In this document: one piece after another, positions 1 to 10,250 of the stretch
Layout: each line of letters starts with the position of its first letter
Position numbering within the stretch: position 1 is the stretch's first letter
Source of the DNA: Gemmatimonadales bacterium
Lineage (GTDB): Bacteria > Gemmatimonadota > Gemmatimonadetes > Gemmatimonadales > GWC2-71-9
Assembly: GCA_965249575.1 (NCBI GenBank)
Contig: OZ252244.1
Coordinates: 1,046,434-1,110,433, forward strand
Reading direction: 5' to 3'
Length of the DNA: 64,000 bases
Translations under genes and position numbers: made by a program
Notes under the pieces: generated by a model
The model's database searches: none
Seen by the model: only the letters and a program-made list of their open reading frames with translations
What the model was told of the DNA's origin: nothing

Positions 1-884
1 CCGTCATAGGTTCCGACGATCTTCGTGGACTTGGCGGCGCGTTTCGGATCGGCCAGGGCGGAACGCACTCTCGCTGGCGCTCTGGGGTGCACTTCGATCG
101 CGCGCCGCTCGCTCAGATCGGCGAGGTACACCGAGTCCAAACGCTGCTGAAGGCGCACGCGAAGACCCTCGGTATAGGGCTGCCGCGCGTCCCCCAGCGC
201 CGGGCGGGCCAAAATGTGATACCCGTACTGAGTCTCCACGATCGACGAGAGCTCCCCAGGTCCGAGCGAAAACGCCGCGTCCTCGAAGGCCGGCAAGCCG
301 GCGTCGCCTCGCTTGATGACACCGACCGTCCCCCCCAATCTCTTGGCGACGGTGTCCTCGTTGAAACGGTTCGCCGCTGACCAGGGCGCGCCCCCGGCCA
401 GATTGGCGTGCATGTTCTCCACGCGGCGGCGCTTTTCATCGCGCTGCTCGCGCGGCGTCGTGGGATCCGTCCTTACCAGCACGTGCTGGATCAGACGGTA
501 CTCGCCTTCGTTGTAGATGCTGTCGACGCGGTCGACGCTCAATGGCGGGGCGGCCTCGATCAGCCGTTCGTGAAACAGCGCCGCGATGCGCTGCCGCGAC
601 TCGGGCCACAGGGTTGTGAAAACCGTCGCCGAGTCGAGAAGCGAGTCGCCCGCGAGCACGCGCTGTGCGAACAGCGAATAGTCCACCCACAGGGCCGCCA
701 ACCGCTCGACCACGTCCCGCCGGAGCGCCAGCCCGCGACCCTGCGCGACGATTTCGCTCAGCCGCCGGACCGTCAACTCGTAATCGCCTGCCCGCGCGGC
801 CACCGGGACGTTCGCCGTGATGGCCTCGCGGCACCCTACGGCCATCGTTACGGCGAACACAAATCCACACAGCCAACGTCTCAT
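1..884 (-). CDS. Parvulin-type peptidyl-prolyl isomerase lipoprotein (SurA/PrsA-like); 3' end lies outside the window
   Basis: Own minus-strand translation; this frame is absent from the ORF track because it has no stop inside the window. ATG at 884-882 with GGTGGG about 8 nt upstream. N-terminus MRRWLCGFVFAVTMAVGC (lipobox-like AVGC). PpiC/parvulin core LGGTVGVIKRGDAGLPAFEDAAFSLGPGELSSIVETQYGYHIL. Track ORFs 408-926(+) and 436-924(-) are Arg-rich shadow frames. Confidence 0.75.
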   Translation of the reverse strand, partial: MRRWLCGFVFAVTMAVGCREAITANVPVAARAGDYELTVRRLSEIVAQGRGLALRRDVVERLAALWVDYSLFAQRVLAGDSLLDSATVFTTLWPESRQRIAALFHERLIEAAPPLSVDRVDSIYNEGEYRLIQHVLVRTDPTTPREQRDEKRRRVENMHANLAGGAPWSAANRFNEDTVAKRLGGTVGVIKRGDAGLPAFEDAAFSLGPGELSSIVETQYGYHILARPALGDARQPYTEGLRVRLQQRLDSVYLADLSERRAIEVHPRAPARVRSALADPKRAAKSTKIVGTYD

Positions 885-927
885 CGGGTACCCACCTTCT
901 TATCGATCTCGACCCCCACCGCATGAA

Positions 928-3900
928 TCAACTAAGCTGCTCCCCCGCCGGTTCTGCTACTTCTCCCGCGGCGACGGCCATCGCTTGCACTAGGCCGCGA
1001 CCCATGGGGATCCCGCCCAGGCGGGTCAAACGAAGCGACAACGGGACGGTGCGCCGTACGTCGGCGGCGAACTGAACCTGGTCAAGGGCCGCGGTAAGCC
1101 CCGCCAATCTGACCGGCGCGGTCGCCCGAAAACTTAGCCGCGCCTCGTCACCCCGAACCAGGACCGTTTCCAATCCCAGTCGGGCTCCAACGGCGCGAAG
1201 CTCTGAGATCGTCAGTAGACACTCCGCCTCGTCGGGGAGCGGACCGAACCGATCCCGCAATTCCTCCCGTAGGCTCGCAATTTCGCCAAGTCGTCCGGCC
1301 CGCGCCAGGCGCCGGTAGAAGTCGAGCTTTGCGTCATCATCGGGAACGTAGACATCCGCGAGGTGGGCCGCACCGTCGAACGTGACCTCCGGCGGGGGCA
1401 TCGTGTCGTCGGCCGCCTCGCCCTTGAGAGCGCGCACCGCGTCACCCAGCCAACGCATGTACAGGTCGAACCCAACTGCGTGCGCGTGGCCGGACTGCGC
1501 AGCTCCAAGTAGGTTCCCCGCTCCCCGAAGCTCGAGATCCCGGAGCGCGATGCGATAGCCGGATCCCAACTCGGTGTGATGCTCGAGGACCTGCAATCGT
1601 TTCTCCGCCTCAGGATCGACCTCGTCGGGAACGAGGAGATAACAATACGCGCGGCGGTGGCCCCGTCCGACCCGGCCCCTGAGCTGATAGAGCTGGGCGA
1701 GGCCGAGCTGGTCGGCCCGATGCACGATCATGGTGTTCGCGTTACCGACATCCAGCCCTGACTCCACGATCATGGTCGACACGAGCACATCGACGTCGCC
1801 AGCCACGAATGCCCGCATCACCCCATCCAGGTCTCGCTCGGCCACTTGGCCGTGTCCCACAGCCACCCGTGCTCGCGGCGCGAGGCGACGAACGCGTTCG
1901 GCAATCGACTCGATCGTCTCGATCCTGTTGTGTACGAAGAACACCTGTCCGCCACGATCCAATTCCCGAGCCATCGCCTCTTCAAGGAGGGCGTCGTCCC
2001 ACGGCTCGATGAACGTCAACACCGGCGATCGGTCCCGCGGGGGCGTGTCGATCAGCGTGAGGTCACGTATCCCCGACAGCGCCAGGTGAAGAGTGCGCGG
2101 GATGGGGGTGGCGGTCAACGTGAGCACATGCACTTCGAGCTTGAGCTCCTTGAGGCGTTCTTTGTGGCGAACGCCAAAGCGATGCTCCTCGTCCACGATG
2201 AGGAGCCCGAGGTTGCGAAACACGACGTCCTTCGACAGGAGGCGATGCGTGCCGATCACGACATCCACCACGCCGGCCTCGAGCTCCCGCCGGACGCCCC
2301 GCTGCTCCGCCGGGGAACGGAACCGCGACAGGACCTCCACTCGGACCGGGAAGTCGGCGAACCGATCGCGATAGGTTCGGGCGTGCTGCTCGGCGAGGAT
2401 GGTGGTGGGTACGAGCATCGCGGCTTGTCTTCCCGCCTGGACCATCTTGAACGCCGCGCGGACCGCAATCTCGGTCTTCCCGTAGCCCACGTCGCCGACC
2501 ACCAGGCGGTCCATCGGCTGCGGCCGTTCCATATCGCGCTTGACCTCATCGGCGGCCGTTCGTTGATCCGGCGTATCCTCATAGAGAAAGGCCGACTCGA
2601 GCTCCCGCTGCCATCGGGTATCCGGCGGACAGGCGATGCCCGTGGCCAGCGACCGCTGAGCGTAAAGCTCCAAGAGTTCAGCGGCGAGTTGCCGTACCGC
2701 TCGCTCGGTACGCTCACGCCGCTTGCGCCACCGAGTCGAGCCTAGGCGATCCAGCCGGGGAACCGGGGCCGACCCATCGGCGCTCCGATACGGCTCGAGC
2801 TGATCCAGGCGGTAAAGGGGGACACTCAGGCGGTCTCCGCCCTCATACTCCAAGACGGCCACCTCGATCGAACCGGCGCCGGCGTCGATGTTGTCGATTC
2901 CCCGGTAGATCCCGATGCCGTGCTCGAGGTGCACCACGACATCACCGGGTGTCGGCGAGCCGGCCGAGACGGACGCCAGCGCCTGCTTGAATCGGCGAGG
3001 TCGCCGGATCCTCCGGGCACGCCGGAAGATCTCGTGGTCCGTGAGCACGATCAGCTCGGGTAGGGCAAACCCACCATGCAGCGCGCCCAGCGCGAGTGTG
3101 GCGTACTTGGGCAACCTGCCCTCCGGACCGTCCTCGCCGAGCAGTTCCTCGAGTCGCTCGAGTTGTCCCTCGTTGTCACAGAGGATGAGCGTCGGAGTGC
3201 CCGCAGCCAGGCGCGCGAGCTTTCGGATGTTCCCCTCGATGGGCTCCGGGGCGAAGAGCCCAAAGTCGTGGCTCGCCTCCTCCCGCCCGCCGGTATCGAC
3301 GATGCGCAGCTGGGCGAGGCTCGCCCATTTCTCGGTCCACGCCTCGGGAGATAGGAACACGAAGTCCCGGCCGGGCACGTCCTCCCCGCGGCGGCGCGCG
3401 ACTTCGAGGTGGTGAGCAGATTCATCCCACAGACGTCGGACATCGCCCACGTCAACGTCAGAATCGACGAACACCAAAACGTCCGGTGGAACGAGGTCCA
3501 GGAGCGTCGTCCGATCCTCCCCCGGCCTTCCCGCCCCCCCACCCAGCTCCCCGATCGCGCTCTTGAACGCGACGGGAAGAATCGACACCGCGTCCACCTC
3601 ATGCGCGGAGCGTTGAGAGTCCAGATCGAAGGCTCGAATCGAGAGCACCTCGTCACCCCACCACTCGATGCGAGCCGGCGCGGCCATTCCAAACCCGTAC
3701 ACGTCAACGATCCCGCCTCGGACCGCGAACTGCGCGACATCGAGTACGGTCGGGGTCCGCGCATAGCCCATCCGTTCGAGCTGCCTAACGACTGACGAGG
3801 GCTTTCGATCGGTGCCGGACCCGATATCGAGTCGGTTTTCGGCCAGCGCTGCGGGTGCCCGCGTGCGTTCGGCGGTGGCGCGGAGCGTGGTAACGACGAT

Positions 3901-4245
3901 CCGCGCGCTCCCCCCGAGTACGGCCTCGATGGTCTCGACGCGCTCGCCCGCGATCTCTAGGTGCGGCTCCTCCTCGCCCAGCGCCTCCCGCTGCGGATAC
4001 AGGCGCACCTGATCGCCGGTCAATACCCCAAGATCGGCGAGCCAGCGTTCGGCGGATGCCGGCGTTGCGCAGGCGACGAGAAAGACACGCTGCTGGAAAT
4101 CTTCGGAGAGCGCGGCGAGCACGACGGCAGCGCTGGACCCGGGGAGGCCCGCGGTGGAGATGGCCTGGCCGCGGGAGGGGAGGGAGTTCGCGAATGCACG
4201 GTAAGCCGGAACCGACTTGAGCGCGGCCACGAGCCGCGGCAGCAT
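928..4245 (-). CDS. mfd: Transcription-repair coupling factor
   Basis: 1105-aa ORF. RNAP-interaction region (VVVHLEHGIGIYRG), SF2 helicase motifs (GDVGYGKTE, LLIVDEEHRFGV), C-terminal TRCF-type domain. Confidence 0.95.
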   Translation of the reverse strand: MLPRLVAALKSVPAYRAFANSLPSRGQAISTAGLPGSSAAVVLAALSEDFQQRVFLVACATPASAERWLADLGVLTGDQVRLYPQREALGEEEPHLEIAGERVETIEAVLGGSARIVVTTLRATAERTRAPAALAENRLDIGSGTDRKPSSVVRQLERMGYARTPTVLDVAQFAVRGGIVDVYGFGMAAPARIEWWGDEVLSIRAFDLDSQRSAHEVDAVSILPVAFKSAIGELGGGAGRPGEDRTTLLDLVPPDVLVFVDSDVDVGDVRRLWDESAHHLEVARRRGEDVPGRDFVFLSPEAWTEKWASLAQLRIVDTGGREEASHDFGLFAPEPIEGNIRKLARLAAGTPTLILCDNEGQLERLEELLGEDGPEGRLPKYATLALGALHGGFALPELIVLTDHEIFRRARRIRRPRRFKQALASVSAGSPTPGDVVVHLEHGIGIYRGIDNIDAGAGSIEVAVLEYEGGDRLSVPLYRLDQLEPYRSADGSAPVPRLDRLGSTRWRKRRERTERAVRQLAAELLELYAQRSLATGIACPPDTRWQRELESAFLYEDTPDQRTAADEVKRDMERPQPMDRLVVGDVGYGKTEIAVRAAFKMVQAGRQAAMLVPTTILAEQHARTYRDRFADFPVRVEVLSRFRSPAEQRGVRRELEAGVVDVVIGTHRLLSKDVVFRNLGLLIVDEEHRFGVRHKERLKELKLEVHVLTLTATPIPRTLHLALSGIRDLTLIDTPPRDRSPVLTFIEPWDDALLEEAMARELDRGGQVFFVHNRIETIESIAERVRRLAPRARVAVGHGQVAERDLDGVMRAFVAGDVDVLVSTMIVESGLDVGNANTMIVHRADQLGLAQLYQLRGRVGRGHRRAYCYLLVPDEVDPEAEKRLQVLEHHTELGSGYRIALRDLELRGAGNLLGAAQSGHAHAVGFDLYMRWLGDAVRALKGEAADDTMPPPEVTFDGAAHLADVYVPDDDAKLDFYRRLARAGRLGEIASLREELRDRFGPLPDEAECLLTISELRAVGARLGLETVLVRGDEARLSFRATAPVRLAGLTAALDQVQFAADVRRTVPLSLRLTRLGGIPMGRGLVQAMAVAAGEVAEPAGEQLS

Positions 4246-6045
4246 CTACGCCCTCCGCTCCAGGTGTCCCCCGGCGCTGGCGACCGCCAATTCAGCCAGC
4301 GCCGTGAGGACAGCGGCGGCGACGAGGAGCGTCGAGAGGTCTGCGCGCTTCGCACCGCGAAACAGTTCCTCCTCGAGCTCGTCCTCAGCAACCAGATCGG
4401 CGCCGGGTCCGAACGTCGCCCGCAACGATCGTCGATCGGTAGGTTCGAGCATGGACTCCCGCGGATCGTGGTTGACCTCGAGCGCACCGATGGTATCGCC
4501 GGTTGCCGCACTCATAAAATACACGCCCGGTTGGAGTGGTGCGGTCATGCGGCGGTCGGGTGGGACGGGAGACGAGCCGGTGAGCCCATGGAGGGTCCTG
4601 GCCGATGGCGGCACCTCGACGACTGCGCCCGGCGTCGAACGCACGATCGACGAGCCGCTGGTGGCCAGCCCGTTGGTCAGCAGGTCGAGGAACGGAATGA
4701 ACCCGGCGGTTACCGGAAGCTCGGTCCACGTCAGGTCCATCCGGCTGGCGACGATCACGATCTCCCCGTCCCGCACGATCCACGGATCGGCGCCGGCACG
4801 CGCGAGCACCACCCCCGATCCGGTCAGCCGGTAGCGGCGGTAGATGGCCGCACCCACAGCGGGCCCAACCTCCCCCGCCGCTTGCCACTCCCCGGAGAGA
4901 AGCTCCCCGAATCGCCAGCTGACACCGCGGGCAGCCAGCGCGCGGTTGATCCCACCGAGCAGCGCCGGGTCTGCGGGCGGAAGAAGGGCCGTCCGCGCCG
5001 GCGCCAGGTCGTCCGCAATCCGAACGAGATCTCCTGTTCCGATGCGCCCAGATTCTTGCAGGACCTTGAGGCCCTCCCGCACAAAGCGACCGGCGCCGGG
5101 GCCGGCTCTCACCGCCGCCGGTTCGGCAACTCGAACCGCCAGCCGCCACTGGTCATCGCTGCGCATTTCATCTGGATCGAGGCTCACGCTCGCCGCGTAC
5201 CAACCCCGCGTCGCCGGGCTGGCACGCAGCGCAACGCGCTCGCCGGGCGCTACGACGGACTGACTCATGTCCTGACCGTCCAGGGAGAGCCGCACAGCGG
5301 TCGGTAGGTCCCCTACCCCATCGACGGATGCGATAACCGACCCGTCCGGACGCCAGACGGTCGGTTCCACGCGTGCCGAGGTCACCCCGCGATTGGCCGG
5401 GCGAGCGGACGGTAGAACGGCCACCACGCGCGCCGAAGGCGCAGGCCCGGACGAGAACGCGGATGCCTGCAGATCACTCAATACGACGACCTCGTGGCCC
5501 GGCAACGGATCTTCTTCGATCGCGCTCGACGCGGTGCGCACGGCGTCCCCGAGATCGAGCCGCGTGGGCCACGGCGCAATGCTATCGAGCGTGGCGGCCG
5601 CCTCGATCTTCGAGACTCGCCGCGGGATGCCGTCCGCTAGCATCAGCCACAAGCGGTCCGATTCACCGACTCGCTCGATTACACGCCTCGCCCGCTCGAC
5701 CAACTCCTCCAGGGCTCGAGTTCCGGAGACCACCGCGCCGGACGAGAGCGAGTTGTCAACGATCACCGCCACGGCGGTGGGGGCGTGCACGCTCCCCATG
5801 GCGACGTCGGCCACCGGACGCGCCGCGGCGAGGACGATGAGGATGATGATAAGCGTCCGCAGAAGGAGTAAGAGAAGGTTACGCAGCTTGAGCCGGCGAC
5901 TGTGTTCCCGTTCAGTTTGCGAAAGGTACCGGACCGCCGGAAAGATCACGGTCGGGGGCTCGCGCCGCTGCAGGAGATGCAGCAAGGCCGGAATCGCGGC
6001 GCCGGCGAGCGCGAAAAGCGCCAGCGGCTGAAGAAAGGAAATCAC
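4246..6045 (-). CDS. BatA-type N-terminal double-transmembrane domain protein
   Basis: GTG at 6045 forms a GTGA overlap with the DUF58 stop. VISFLQPLALFALAGAAIPALLHLLQRREPP followed by a second TM (LLLLLLRTLIIILIVLAAA). Long extracytoplasmic body and a C-terminal hydrophobic segment (LSTLLVAAAVLTALAELAVA). Track ORF start 6153 is probably too far upstream. Confidence 0.6.
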   Translation of the reverse strand: MISFLQPLALFALAGAAIPALLHLLQRREPPTVIFPAVRYLSQTEREHSRRLKLRNLLLLLLRTLIIILIVLAAARPVADVAMGSVHAPTAVAVIVDNSLSSGAVVSGTRALEELVERARRVIERVGESDRLWLMLADGIPRRVSKIEAAATLDSIAPWPTRLDLGDAVRTASSAIEEDPLPGHEVVVLSDLQASAFSSGPAPSARVVAVLPSARPANRGVTSARVEPTVWRPDGSVIASVDGVGDLPTAVRLSLDGQDMSQSVVAPGERVALRASPATRGWYAASVSLDPDEMRSDDQWRLAVRVAEPAAVRAGPGAGRFVREGLKVLQESGRIGTGDLVRIADDLAPARTALLPPADPALLGGINRALAARGVSWRFGELLSGEWQAAGEVGPAVGAAIYRRYRLTGSGVVLARAGADPWIVRDGEIVIVASRMDLTWTELPVTAGFIPFLDLLTNGLATSGSSIVRSTPGAVVEVPPSARTLHGLTGSSPVPPDRRMTAPLQPGVYFMSAATGDTIGALEVNHDPRESMLEPTDRRSLRATFGPGADLVAEDELEEELFRGAKRADLSTLLVAAAVLTALAELAVASAGGHLERRA

Positions 6046-6986
6046 CCGAGGCGGGACCGCCGAGTCGTGGCGCGACGCAGCACGTGGCCGAACGGCGTGT
6101 CCGTCATGACATGGTGATACGCGATGGACCCGCGGCGGCATGCCGCCCGCCACTCCGCCACGGTACGCTGCACCGTCTCCATGTAAGCGGCTCGCAGCTC
6201 CCGAGGGCGAACCACGACTCCGCTGCCGGTCTCCGGGTCTTCGAACCGCGCTTCAGGGGGTCCCTGGAGCATGAGTTCCGCGGGGTCCATGATATGAAAG
6301 ACCGAAACCTGATGGCCCCGGTGCCTCAGGTACTGGAGCGCAAGCATCGCGAGGTCGCGGTCCAGCAAGAGGTCGGAAACGAAAACCACCAAGCCCCGGC
6401 GCCGAAGAAGATCGGTCACCCGGCGCAGCGCAGGCTCCGCCGCGGTGCCGTGTCCGGCTTCGAGTTTTTCGATGGCTGTCAGGAGAGTCCACCACTGTTG
6501 CGTCCGTACCCGCGCTGGTACGACGTCGCGCACCTCGTCGTCAAAACCGATGAAACCGGTGGCGTCGCGCTGTCGAAGCAACACCAGGGCGAGCGCCGCG
6601 GCCAGACGCTTGGCATACTCGAGCTTGGTAAGCCGACGCGGGTCGCCGGTCCAGTCCATCGATCGGCTGGCGTCGAACACCACCATCGATCGCAGGTTGG
6701 TCTCTTCCTCGAATTGCTTGACCACGAGGCGGTCTGACCGGGCGAGCATCTTCCAGTCAACGTACCGCAGCTCGTCACCAGGCTGATACGGTCGATGCTC
6801 TACGAACTCGACCGAAAACCCCCGAAACGGAGAGCGATGCATACCGGCCAAGAAACCCTCAACGACCCCGTCCGCCACCAGCTCGATCCCCCCGAGTTGG
6901 GCGACCTCGAAGGGATCGAGCAGGTCAACGCGCTTTGAAGGAGCCATGGAGCGCGGAACGTACGCCGGCGGCCATCCGAAAGTCAA
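6042..6986 (-). CDS. DUF58 family protein (MoxR-associated type)
   Basis: Motif FRGFSVEFVEHRPYQPGDELRYVDWKMLARSDRLVVKQFEEE, typical of DUF58, followed by a VWA-like remainder. Confidence 0.75.
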   Translation of the reverse strand: MTFGWPPAYVPRSMAPSKRVDLLDPFEVAQLGGIELVADGVVEGFLAGMHRSPFRGFSVEFVEHRPYQPGDELRYVDWKMLARSDRLVVKQFEEETNLRSMVVFDASRSMDWTGDPRRLTKLEYAKRLAAALALVLLRQRDATGFIGFDDEVRDVVPARVRTQQWWTLLTAIEKLEAGHGTAAEPALRRVTDLLRRRGLVVFVSDLLLDRDLAMLALQYLRHRGHQVSVFHIMDPAELMLQGPPEARFEDPETGSGVVVRPRELRAAYMETVQRTVAEWRAACRRGSIAYHHVMTDTPFGHVLRRATTRRSRLG

Positions 6987-7150
6987 CGCATGGGTCAGCT
7001 GTCACCCCGTGGGGACATCCCGCCTGGTGATAACACGCAGCTGAAAGCCATAAGTGCATGTCGGACAACAGTATGGCCGTTTGATCCCAGCGTGGCATAT
7101 TGCCTGCTTCGTGATACATTGAATCTGCTTCGGTTTTTGGAGGTCATGAC

Positions 7151-8524
7151 ATGACGCAGTTGGCCGCGCTAGCGGTCCTGCTTGCCACCGTACCCCCGGG
7201 TGACGGCGGTGACGCTTCCTTTTCCATATACATGGACCGGCATCGTGCCGCGCAGGGACCCCTCGTCCAGCTCTCGATGAATCAGGACGAGCTCTTCGAG
7301 CAGGGCGACAGGGCACGAGTGTACTTCCGCGCCGAACAGGCCTCCTACGTGACGATCTTCCGTGTGGACACGGACGGACGCGTCCGGGTGATTCACCCGC
7401 TCGAACCGTGGGAGGATAATTACGCGCGCGCGCGCCAGCGGTACGAGGTTCGGCGGCCCGGCGAGAAGTTCGCCTTCACGGTGGACGACTACCCTGGCTA
7501 GGGTTACCTGCTCGCCGTCACCAGCCTCGACCCATTCGACTATTCCGACTACGTACGCGGGGACCATTGGGACTATCGGGTGATCGCCACCAGCGGCCGG
7601 ATCGCCGGCGATCCGTATGTCGCGCTCATGGAGCTGGCCGACCACATCGTCCCGGCCAACTACGTCGACTATTCCTACGACGTCCTTCCGTATTTCGTCG
7701 AGGAACGGTACGAGTATCCCCGATTCCTGTGCTACGATTGCCACGCATATGCGGCGTACCCCTACTGGGATCCGTACGTACACTCGTGCCTGCGCTTCCA
7801 GATCGTGATCTACGACGAGCCGTACTACTATCCCGCCCGGTATTACCCGGGGACCCGGGTAGTATACCGGCGGGGTGATCGCGTAGAGCCACGCTACGTC
7901 TTCAAAGACCGCGTGCCCACGCAGCCGTACGTCGTGAGGCAACGCGCGCGGCCCACCGATCCGACAGGCCGGCGAATCGCCGATCCCGGCGTTACCAGCA
8001 CGGACTTGGGTGGCGCAGGTCGCGTTCCGGCACCCACACGCGGCCGTGACGACCTCGGCCCCCGAGCGGCGCCCGGGCGGGATGGTCGGCGGCCCGCACC
8101 GGCGCTCGATGGGGGTAGGCGCCCCGCACCGGCGAGCGCGGGGATTCGAGTTCCCTCACCCAGCACCCCCGCGGCTCGGCAACCGGAGGAGCGTGCCCGT
8201 CCCGAAGCCGAGGAACCGGAAGAGCGCACCCGGCAGCAGCCGAGTCTCGAGCGGCGGGATCCAAAGCGCGTTTCCCCTCCCGAGCGGGAGCCCAGGGATG
8301 CTGAGGCATCGCCGCCACCGTCCCGGCCGGAACCTAAACGAGTGGAACCCCGGACCGAGCCGTCGCGCGCAGAACCGCCGCGTCGGACCGAGCCGCAGTC
8401 CGAGCCCAGGCGGGCGGAGCCGGCTAGGCCCCCCGCCCGATCGCGCCCTCCGGCGGCTCGGCCCAAACCCGAACCACGGTCCGCTCCTCCTCCGACGGAG
8501 CCGAGGCGTCGGCCGAGTTCGTAA
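7151..8524 (+). pseudogene. DUF4384-like secreted protein, one reading frame interrupted by an in-frame TAG (7499-7501), with a long Pro/Arg/Glu-rich tail
   Basis: GGAGG 8 nt before ATG 7151. ORFs 7151-7501 and 7580-8524 are in the same frame (offset 429 nt). The translation reads through as ...FAFTVDDYPG*GYLLAVTSLDPFDYSDY..., a continuous DUF4384-type pattern. Confidence 0.55.
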
Positions 8525-8585
8525 GCCCAAGCGGTCGCGCACCGCGACTACCCGCGGAGCCGTCCTCCCGCCTATCTTGATCGTC

Positions 8586-10166
8586 ATGGCCATCGGTGAA
8601 CGATTGCGATCTGCCCGCGGGAGTGCGGGCTCGATCCTCGCACTCCTGCTCGCATGCCCTGTGACCAGCCTTGCCCAGGCGGCCGGCCTGGCTGAGGCGG
8701 TTTCGTCGATCACGGCGGGCGACATACAGCGCCGGATCGACGTCATCGCACACGACTCGATGCGCGGTCGAGACACGCCGAGCGCCGAACTCGATGAGGG
8801 GGCGGCCTACATCGCGGGGGAATTCCGCAGCATCGGGCTCGCACCAGGTGGCCACGACCAAACCTTCATTCAGCACTACCCCATCAAGCGCGTACAGCTC
8901 GACAGCGTCGCCTCGAGGATACTGGTAGCCCGCGGGCCCACGTGGCGCCTCGGAGACGATTTCACGAACGTGCGGGGCGGCAACGACGCTCCCGAAGGTG
9001 CGCGGGGGACGGTGGTCGTCATCGCGGGTGTGTTCACCGATCCACGAAGCGCGCGCGACATGGATCTCGCGGGCAAGGTCGCTATCCTCGTTTCGGGTTC
9101 GGATTCACGCGGCGGATTCACCCCCGGCCTGTTACGCGCGCTCACCACGGTCAGGGCGCAGCGTCCCGCGGCGATTCTCCTCGTGCACGCGGTCAGCGAT
9201 GCCGAGTGGGCCAGCATTACCGCACAGCAGCGCCGGGTCACCGTCCTGCCGTCGTGGCGCACTGAGCGCAGGAGATCCGGCCCACCGATCCCCATCGTGC
9301 GCGACCGGGCAGCCGCGCCACTATTGGCGAGATACGGCATTTCCCTGCCCGAGCTGCGGCGAGTGGTGCGTGAACCCGCCCGGAGTCACGCGCTCCCCGA
9401 CCTCGACATGACGGTAACGGTTCAGCGAAGCGTCATCGGAACCGGCTATGCGCCAAACGTGGTCGGTATCCTCGAGGGCCGGGATCCCGCTTTGAAGAAC
9501 GAGTACATCGTCTTCAGTGCACACATGGATCACGTCGGCATCGGCCGCCCCGACGCGCGGGGCGACACCATCTACAACGGAGCGGACGACGATGCGTCCG
9601 GCACCATAGCCGTCGTGGAGCTCGCGGAGGCGTTCAGGACGCTCGAGCGTCCACCACGCCGATCTCTCCTCTTCTTGACTGTGAGCGGCGAGGAAAAGGG
9701 TCTGTGGGGGAGCGAGTACTTCGCCGACCACCCGCCGGTACCCGCGACGAGTATCGTCGCGAACCTGAACAGCGACATGGTGGGCCGCAACTGGCGTGAC
9801 ACGGTCGTCGTCATCGGCAAGGAGCACTCCGATCTCGGGGCAACGCTGCAGCGGATCAACGCCATGCATCCGGAGCTCGATATGACGGCCATCGACGACC
9901 CTTGGCCGGAGGAGAACTTCTACCGCCGCTCAGACCACTACAATTTCGCGCGCAAGGGAGTGCCGATTTTGTTTTTCTTCAACGGCACCCACGAAGACTA
10001 CCACCGCCCGAGCGACGAACCCACGAAGATCGACGCCGAGAAGGAGTCGCGGATCGTCAAGCTACTCTTCTACCTGGGGCTCGAGGTCGCGGAGGTCACT
10101 CCCCGACCGAGGTGGGACCCGGAGAGCTACCGCAGCATCGTCGAAGGCGCCTCGGGGAGGCCCTGA
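8586..10166 (+). CDS. M28 family metallopeptidase (aminopeptidase) with signal peptide
   Basis: ATG 8586 gives MAIGERLRSARGSAGSILALLLACPVTSLAQA. M28 ligand motifs are present: FSAHMDHVG, NGADDDASGT, SGEEKGLWGS, NLNSDMVG, SDHYNF. The 8010 start in the track is a low-complexity upstream extension. Confidence 0.85.
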   Translation: MAIGERLRSARGSAGSILALLLACPVTSLAQAAGLAEAVSSITAGDIQRRIDVIAHDSMRGRDTPSAELDEGAAYIAGEFRSIGLAPGGHDQTFIQHYPIKRVQLDSVASRILVARGPTWRLGDDFTNVRGGNDAPEGARGTVVVIAGVFTDPRSARDMDLAGKVAILVSGSDSRGGFTPGLLRALTTVRAQRPAAILLVHAVSDAEWASITAQQRRVTVLPSWRTERRRSGPPIPIVRDRAAAPLLARYGISLPELRRVVREPARSHALPDLDMTVTVQRSVIGTGYAPNVVGILEGRDPALKNEYIVFSAHMDHVGIGRPDARGDTIYNGADDDASGTIAVVELAEAFRTLERPPRRSLLFLTVSGEEKGLWGSEYFADHPPVPATSIVANLNSDMVGRNWRDTVVVIGKEHSDLGATLQRINAMHPELDMTAIDDPWPEENFYRRSDHYNFARKGVPILFFFNGTHEDYHRPSDEPTKIDAEKESRIVKLLFYLGLEVAEVTPRPRWDPESYRSIVEGASGRP

Positions 10167-10250
10167 GGGGTCTGCTTACCGTCCACCCGTCGGAGCGCCA
10201 CGGCGATCCACGAGCGGGCCCGACTCCCCAGCCGGTTATATTCAACCCCC

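Noticed and set aside
408-926. Track ORFs 408-926(+) and 436-924(-) as genes
   Set aside because: Both are Arg-rich. The third minus-strand frame encodes a clear parvulin PPIase covering the whole interval.
7499-7501. TAG as pyrrolysine or another programmed recoding event
   Set aside because: It is a single occurrence, the window has no pyl genes or recognisable recoding structure, and the taxon type makes it unlikely. It is kept only as an option to exclude under the TAG finding.
8090-8524. Pro/Arg/Glu-rich repeats (EPRR-like) as a distinct feature or gene
   Set aside because: This is a low-complexity C-terminal tail of the DUF4384-like frame. All six frames are open here because of GC richness, and the repeats are not exact at the nucleotide level.
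8010-8585. N-terminal 192-codon extension of the M28 peptidase ORF
   Set aside because: It overlaps the Pro/Arg-rich tail of the upstream gene in another frame. The signal peptide begins at ATG 8586. The same reasoning applies to the extensions 28314-28418 (uvrA), 21536-21796 (nfo), 59080-59520 (hisB) and 43230-43424 (threonine dehydratase).
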